Assembly: GCA_963706325.1 (NCBI GenBank)
Contig: CAVPLT010000006.1
Location: 146,194 to 210,193 of the forward strand
DNA from: an uncultured Nitrospiraceae bacterium
Lineage (GTDB): Bacteria > Nitrospirota > Nitrospiria > Nitrospirales > Nitrospiraceae
DNA length: 64,000 bases
Direction: 5' to 3'
Shown: positions 59,242 to 64,000 of the stretch, in pieces
How positions within the stretch are numbered: position 1 is the stretch's first letter
Layout of the letters: each line of letters starts with the position of its first letter
Position numbers and translations under genes: made by a program
The notes under the pieces: generated by a model
What the model saw: only the letters and a program-made list of their open reading frames with translations
Database searches by the model: none
Told to the model about the DNA's origin: nothing

Positions 59242-60480
59242 ATGATCGCCAGGACGACCTCGACCGCCTATTCAATGCAGATGCTGACCAAAGCTCGCGC
59301 CGCCACCGACGCCCTATTCGGGCTGGTTCGACCCGAGGCCCTGTATGAGCGGCCGGTTCCCGAGCGTCACCGGCTCCTATTCTATGTCGGTCACCTCGAG
59401 GCCTTCGATTGGAATCTCATCAGCCAAGCGGCTGCGGTTCCGGCATTCCACCCGGAATTCGACCAGCTCTTTGCGTTCGGGATTGATCCGCAGCCAGGGC
59501 AATTTCCACAAGACGAGCCTTCGGACTGGCCCGGAATATCGGAAGTTCAACGGTACAACTTGCGCGTTCGGCAGGCCATCGATGATATCTCGTACCAGGT
59601 ATCGGAGCAGATACTTTCCGTGGCGCTAGAGCATCGGCTAATGCACGCCGAGACCTTTGCCTATCTCCTCCATCACCTTTCGATCGACCGAAAGAATATG
59701 CCGTCGGTGCCGCCCGTCCCGCAGAGCCCCACTCCAATTCCTGCGATGATCGACATTCCCAGCGGCCGGACAACCTTGGGTCAACCACGCGAACAGCTCA
59801 ATGGCCACGATCAGTTCGGATGGGACAACGAATTCGAGAGTCATGAGGTCTCGGTCGCTGCGTTTGCGATGAGCAAATACAAAGTTACCAATAGAGAGTA
59901 TTTCCAATTCGTTCAAGCTGGAGCCAAGCCGCCGCACTTCTGGAGGTTCCACGAGGGTCAATGGCACTGGCGAGGCATGGGGGGAGAGATCCCGTTGCCA
60001 TTGGACTGGCCGGTTTATGTCACCCAGGAGGAGGCCTGCGCCTTTGCGGCCTGGACCGGAAAGAGGTTGCCCACCGAAGCGGAGTTTCATCGGGCTGCCT
60101 ATGGAACGTTGTACGGCGAAGAAGAACGACTCCATCCGTGGGGCTGTGACCCGCCGGACAGTCGCCGGGGAAACTTTTCCGGCGACCGATGGGATCCCAT
60201 TCCCGTGACCGCCTCCCCACTTGGTGATAGCGCATTCGGATTGTCGCAACTGGTGGGCAACGGATGGGAGTGGACCTCGACCGTCTTCCAGCCTTTTCCC
60301 GGCTTTCAAACCTTCCCGTTTTATCCTGGCTACTCGGCTCGCTTCTTCGATGGCGAACATTATGTGTTGAAGGGCGCGTCCCCCCGCACGGACGCAAGAC
60401 TGCTACGCCGGTCGTTTCGCAACTGGTTCCGGCCCGACTACCCATATGTCTATGCCGGCTTTCGTTGCGTGGAGGACTAA
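59242..60480 (+). CDS. egtB: Fe(II)-dependent sulfoxide synthase (EgtB/Egt1-like; DinB + FGE domains)
   Basis: RHRLLFYVGH, EHRLMHAE (3-His site), RLPTEAE, GNGWEW, RSFRNW, GFRC; directly upstream of egtD. Confidence 0.85.
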   Translation: MIARTTSTAYSMQMLTKARAATDALFGLVRPEALYERPVPERHRLLFYVGHLEAFDWNLISQAAAVPAFHPEFDQLFAFGIDPQPGQFPQDEPSDWPGISEVQRYNLRVRQAIDDISYQVSEQILSVALEHRLMHAETFAYLLHHLSIDRKNMPSVPPVPQSPTPIPAMIDIPSGRTTLGQPREQLNGHDQFGWDNEFESHEVSVAAFAMSKYKVTNREYFQFVQAGAKPPHFWRFHEGQWHWRGMGGEIPLPLDWPVYVTQEEACAFAAWTGKRLPTEAEFHRAAYGTLYGEEERLHPWGCDPPDSRRGNFSGDRWDPIPVTASPLGDSAFGLSQLVGNGWEWTSTVFQPFPGFQTFPFYPGYSARFFDGEHYVLKGASPRTDARLLRRSFRNWFRPDYPYVYAGFRCVED

Positions 60481-60484
60481 CAGA

Positions 60485-61453
60485 ATGCGCTCACAGGCGG
60501 TACGCACAGATGCGCGTCGCGAGTTCGCCGTCGCAGTGAGCCACAGCCTCGGCAAGGCCCCTCAACGCGAGCTGCCTTCGATGTACTTGTACGATGAGGT
60601 GGGGACGGCGCTCTTTGAAGCGATCACCTTGCTGCCGGAATATGGGCTGACGCGTGCCGAAGAACGCCTCCTGAGCCGACATGCCGGGGCCATGCTCGAA
60701 CGTCTTCCGCCTCCCGTTTCGGTGGTGGAGCTGGGGAGCGGCAGCGGGCGAAAGACCCGCTGGATATTGGAGGCGCTGGCGGAACGGGAACCGGTGGCCT
60801 ATTTCCCCATCGATATTTCGGCGGCGGCGCTGATCAAATGCCATCAGGAGTTGGGACATCTCGGCGCCGTCAGCATCGTCGGCCTGGAGACGTCATATCT
60901 CGAAGGACTTCAAGACGCAGCGAGCCGCCGCCTACCGGACCAGGCGCTGCTGGTGTTGTTCCTCGGCAGCAGCATCGGCAATTTCGATCCACCGGCAGCC
61001 GAGAGGTTCCTGCGCGACATCCGCCGGCAATTGCAGCCCGGTGACGCCCTGCTGCTGGGTACCGACATAGACAAAGCGGTGGACGAGATGCTGCCGGCCT
61101 ACGATGATCCGACGGGGGTCACCGCGGCTTTCAATCTGAACATCCTCGCCCGGATCAACCGAGAACTCGGAGGAGACTTTCATCTGCCGAGCTTCGAACA
61201 TGAGAGCCGGTATCAGGACAGGGATCGTCGGATCGAAATGCATCTTCGCTCGACAAAAAACCAAATCGTGTCGATCCGGGCCGCGGACTTTACCTGTACC
61301 TTCAGAGAAGATGAAACGATCTGGACGGAGGCCTGCCACAAATTTCGCATCGAGGACATTCCGCGCCTGGCTCGGCGGACGGGATTCCTATGCGAAGCCC
61401 AATGGATCGATCAGGAATGGGCGTTTGCGGAGAACCTGCTGCTAGCCGATTAG
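60485..61453 (+). CDS. egtD: L-histidine N-alpha-trimethyltransferase
   Basis: LPSMYLYDEVG..LFEAIT.LPEY, ELGSGSGRKT, FLGSSIGN, AYDD..GVTAAFN, RIEMHL, IWTE..HKF. Confidence 0.92.
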   Translation: MRSQAVRTDARREFAVAVSHSLGKAPQRELPSMYLYDEVGTALFEAITLLPEYGLTRAEERLLSRHAGAMLERLPPPVSVVELGSGSGRKTRWILEALAEREPVAYFPIDISAAALIKCHQELGHLGAVSIVGLETSYLEGLQDAASRRLPDQALLVLFLGSSIGNFDPPAAERFLRDIRRQLQPGDALLLGTDIDKAVDEMLPAYDDPTGVTAAFNLNILARINRELGGDFHLPSFEHESRYQDRDRRIEMHLRSTKNQIVSIRAADFTCTFREDETIWTEACHKFRIEDIPRLARRTGFLCEAQWIDQEWAFAENLLLAD

Positions 61454-62340
61454 CGAAGCAGATCGGCTTCCGTTAAGAACTGTGTCGCCACCTCCCGCAG
61501 GGGGCGATGTTCGCCGGCCACCTGATAATTCAGCCTGCGCATGATTTGATCCGTGAACCGTCCGGCGAGTTCGGCCAGCGCCTCCCGAAGGGGTGGATTA
61601 TCCTTCAACAGGGCGGCTCGGGCCACGAAGCTGCAGTCGTAGGGAGGGAAATAACGCCGGTCATCCTGCAGGACCACCGCATCGAGAATCGATAATTGGC
61701 CGTCCGTGGCGTTCCCGGCCACCATGCTGACTTGCCCTTGTTCGAGTGCCTTGTACAGCAACCCGAGATCCATCGTCTTCGGCGATCCCTGGACGGGAAG
61801 CTGATAGGTCTTTAGTAAGCCCGCCAGGCCGTCCGGCCGCTGCTGAAATTCATACCCCACACCTAGCGTCCAGCCGGGAACTTTGCGCGCCGCATCGCTC
61901 AACGTTGTGATCTTGCTTTTTCTGGCCTCTCCTCCAAGGATCACCATCGCGAACGTATTGTTGAAGCCCAACGGGTCCATCCATTCCATGCCGAATCGCG
62001 CCTGGTATTCCGCGCGCACGAGATCGACAGCCACGGACCGCTCGGCCACGGGCGGGAGTTTCAGGATGGCCGTCAGTGCGGTCCCGATATATTCGGGATA
62101 CAGATCGATGTCTCCCTGTACGAGCGCCTGGTGCGCCAGCATCGTGCCGCCCAGGTTGAGTTTGCGATCCACGGGGCGGCCAAGCCGATGTTCCAGATGC
62201 TGCGCGACGATCTCGCCGAGGATGATCTGTTCGGTGAAATTCTTCGAGCCGACCGTGAGCGGACGTTCCTTCGTGCAGCCGACGATGCCTGCTGCCCACA
62301 ATCCGACGATCACACAGGCGATAATATACGTTCGATCCAT
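61450..62340 (-). CDS. OpuBC/OpuCC-type ABC substrate-binding lipoprotein
   Basis: Lipobox IVGC; GSKNFTEQ, YPEY, GFNNTF, RPDG, TDG, FPPY. Confidence 0.9.
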   Translation of the reverse strand: MDRTYIIACVIVGLWAAGIVGCTKERPLTVGSKNFTEQIILGEIVAQHLEHRLGRPVDRKLNLGGTMLAHQALVQGDIDLYPEYIGTALTAILKLPPVAERSVAVDLVRAEYQARFGMEWMDPLGFNNTFAMVILGGEARKSKITTLSDAARKVPGWTLGVGYEFQQRPDGLAGLLKTYQLPVQGSPKTMDLGLLYKALEQGQVSMVAGNATDGQLSILDAVVLQDDRRYFPPYDCSFVARAALLKDNPPLREALAELAGRFTDQIMRRLNYQVAGEHRPLREVATQFLTEADLLR

Positions 62341-62927
62341 TCGAGTCCTCGATCGGCTATCACCGCGATCAACGCAGCCGGTACCGCACCGGCCAGCAAC
62401 AGCGTCGTATCGACGGAGGCCAGGCCGCGAAAAATGAACACGCCGAGTCCGCCGCCGCCGATCGCCGCGGCGATCGTGGCCGTCCCGATCGTCGTCACGG
62501 TCGCGATCCGCAGGCCGGCTAGAATGGTCCTGGCGGCTAGCGGGAGTTCGACGAACCGGAGCAGCTGCCTCTCCGTCATGCCCATGGCGACGGCCGACTC
62601 ACGCACGGCAGGGTCCACGTTCAGAATACCGGTGAGCGTATTGCGCAGGATCGGCAGGAGCGCATAGAGCACGAGCGCGACGATCGCCGTGTGCCGTCCG
62701 ATGCCGCCCAAAAACGGCAGCGGTATCAGAAACCCGAAGAGCGCCAAACTCGGCACGGTTTGCATCACGTTCGCAAATCCCAGCACCCATCGTTGAAGGA
62801 AGGTACGACGGGTCAGCAGAATGCCGGCCGGAATAGCGATCGCCGCGGCAATCACCATCGAGAGGCTCACCAGGAACAGGTGTTCGAGCGTCAAATCGAG
62901 CATTTCGCGGGCCAAGGAAGACGACAT
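62310..62927 (-). CDS. Osmoprotectant-type ABC permease
   Basis: QTVPSLAL, LYALLPILRNT, ESAVAMGM (EAA loop), GGGGLG. Confidence 0.92.
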   Translation of the reverse strand: MSSSLAREMLDLTLEHLFLVSLSMVIAAAIAIPAGILLTRRTFLQRWVLGFANVMQTVPSLALFGFLIPLPFLGGIGRHTAIVALVLYALLPILRNTLTGILNVDPAVRESAVAMGMTERQLLRFVELPLAARTILAGLRIATVTTIGTATIAAAIGGGGLGVFIFRGLASVDTTLLLAGAVPAALIAVIADRGLEWIERILSPV

Positions 62928-63676
62928 CACAACGTCTCCCTCCACTTCTCCTCAAGGCAGGTATGAAACGCGCGAACTTCCTTTTCGGCGGCCTTCAGGA
63001 AATCAGCGCGTCCGCCCAAAAACACCATTCGCCCATTGTGAAGCACCCCGATGCGGGTGCCGAGCAGCAGCGCTTCCCGGACATCATGAGTGACAAGGAG
63101 AGCGGTCTTGCCGAGACGATCGCGCAAGTCGAGAAACTGCTGCTGCAGTTCCACGCGAGTGACCGGGTCGAGCGCGCCAAAGGGCTCGTCCAACAGCAGC
63201 AACGGAGGATCCGCAGCGAGCGCGCGGGCGACCCCCACCCGCTGGCGTTGTCCTCCGGACAGTTCACGGGGAAATCGCCCAGTGAATCGGGCCGGTGGAA
63301 GTCCGACCTGATCCAGCAACGACTCGACGCGCGCGTCGATATCATGGGCCGGCCACCCTTCCAGACGCGGAACCAACCCCACATTGGCCGCCACGGTGAA
63401 ATGGGGAAAGAGGCCCGCATCCTGAATCACATAACCAATTCGACGCCTCAACCGGATCAGGTTCCAGGCAGTGGTGGCCCTCCCCTCGATCGAGACCTCG
63501 CCGGCGCTCGGCAGGAGCAACCCATTCACCATTTTCAAGGCGGTGGTCTTGCCGGACCCGCTCCGGCCCAGGAGCACCAGGGTCTCGCCGGCTTGGACAT
63601 CGAAGCTGAGATCAGACAGAATTTCCTTCCGTCCGATGCGAGCGGACACGTGGCGGAACGCAACAAGAGGACTCAC
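62927..63676 (-). CDS. Osmoprotectant-type ABC ATPase
   Basis: GRSGSGKT, LSGGQRQR, LLLDEPFGALD, VTHD; GTG start at 63676 inferred. Confidence 0.9.
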   Translation of the reverse strand: MSPLVAFRHVSARIGRKEILSDLSFDVQAGETLVLLGRSGSGKTTALKMVNGLLLPSAGEVSIEGRATTAWNLIRLRRRIGYVIQDAGLFPHFTVAANVGLVPRLEGWPAHDIDARVESLLDQVGLPPARFTGRFPRELSGGQRQRVGVARALAADPPLLLLDEPFGALDPVTRVELQQQFLDLRDRLGKTALLVTHDVREALLLGTRIGVLHNGRMVFLGGRADFLKAAEKEVRAFHTCLEEKWRETL

Positions 63677-63765
63677 GGGCTTGCCATACGCCTCCGGCTC
63701 ACGGCTTTGTTGCCCGGTGGTCAAAGCAGAATCCTCGGGGTGTCTGTCATGCGGTGCGCCTGCCT

Positions 63766-64000
63766 TCACAGCATACTCAAATACGCGTGCACGAACTGCA
63801 CCGCCATGGCCCCCTCCCCAACCGCGGACGCCACGCGCTTGGTGGAGCCGAAGTCGCACGTCGCCCGCCGCGAACACACCGGCGCGGCTGGTCTCGAGGA
63901 ACAACGGTTCCCTCTTGGCCGTCCAGTAGGGCGAATCGGATACCAAGCGACCCGTCTTCACGAAACCGTTGGAATCGGTCTCTATTTCACGGGGCAGCCA
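63766..64000 (-). pseudogene. 3' end of a thioredoxin reductase-like FAD oxidoreductase with a +1 frameshift (possibly a sequencing error)
   Basis: WLPREIETDSNGFVKTG...ETSRAGVFAAGDVRL, then after one extra base near 63850, GSTKRVASAVGEGAMAVQFVHAYLSML* (stop at 63766). Confidence 0.8.

Noticed and set aside
59242..60480. Selenoneine (SenA) or ovothiol (OvoA) synthase
   Set aside because: No senB/selD neighbours and no C-terminal methyltransferase domain; the adjacent egtD favours ergothioneine.
62927..63961. Novel reductase-ABC ATPase fusion protein (344-aa ORF)
   Set aside because: Explained by a single-base frameshift in the upstream thioredoxin reductase-like gene; the normal C-terminus is intact in the adjacent frame.

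Overview
GC-rich bacterial chromosomal window. Gene content, intergenic repeat families and small Zn-ribbon proteins suggest Nitrospira; this is my inference and was not verified. 1-23.6 kb is mostly housekeeping: bioA (partial), lepA-lepB-rfaE1-kdsB-pyrG-kdsA-kdsD-pgsA-plsY-RCK_C protein-degP, a divergent EF-G paralogue with radC, rsmD-coaD-aspC, and purH-purD-tsaC. 23.9-35.4 kb is an accessory block: a BON/OmpA protein paired with a coiled-coil-HhH protein, a YprB-like nuclease, an orphan two-gene operon, GNAT, NnrS, a lipase-like hydrolase with an unknown C-terminal domain, and a ~1000-aa Venus-flytrap-like multipass membrane protein. Next come dnaE-accA, hrpB, gcvR-def and a pseudouridine synthase; a stress cluster (solo groES, VIT1, SIMPL, hsp20, DUF2934, OsmY, DUF1328); small orphans; egtB-egtD facing an OpuC-type ABC importer; and a frameshifted thioredoxin reductase 3' end. 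No rRNA, tRNA, CRISPR array or intact transposase was recognised. Main leads: the orphan receptor-like membrane protein and its hydrolase neighbour; a ~125-nt hairpin repeat always oriented with transcription after stop codons; a sigma54 promoter facing an antisense sigma70 promoter across a Zn-ribbon microprotein; an EF-G paralogue lacking the catalytic His; and a probably leaderless dnaE. All family calls come from motif recognition by eye; no searches were run.
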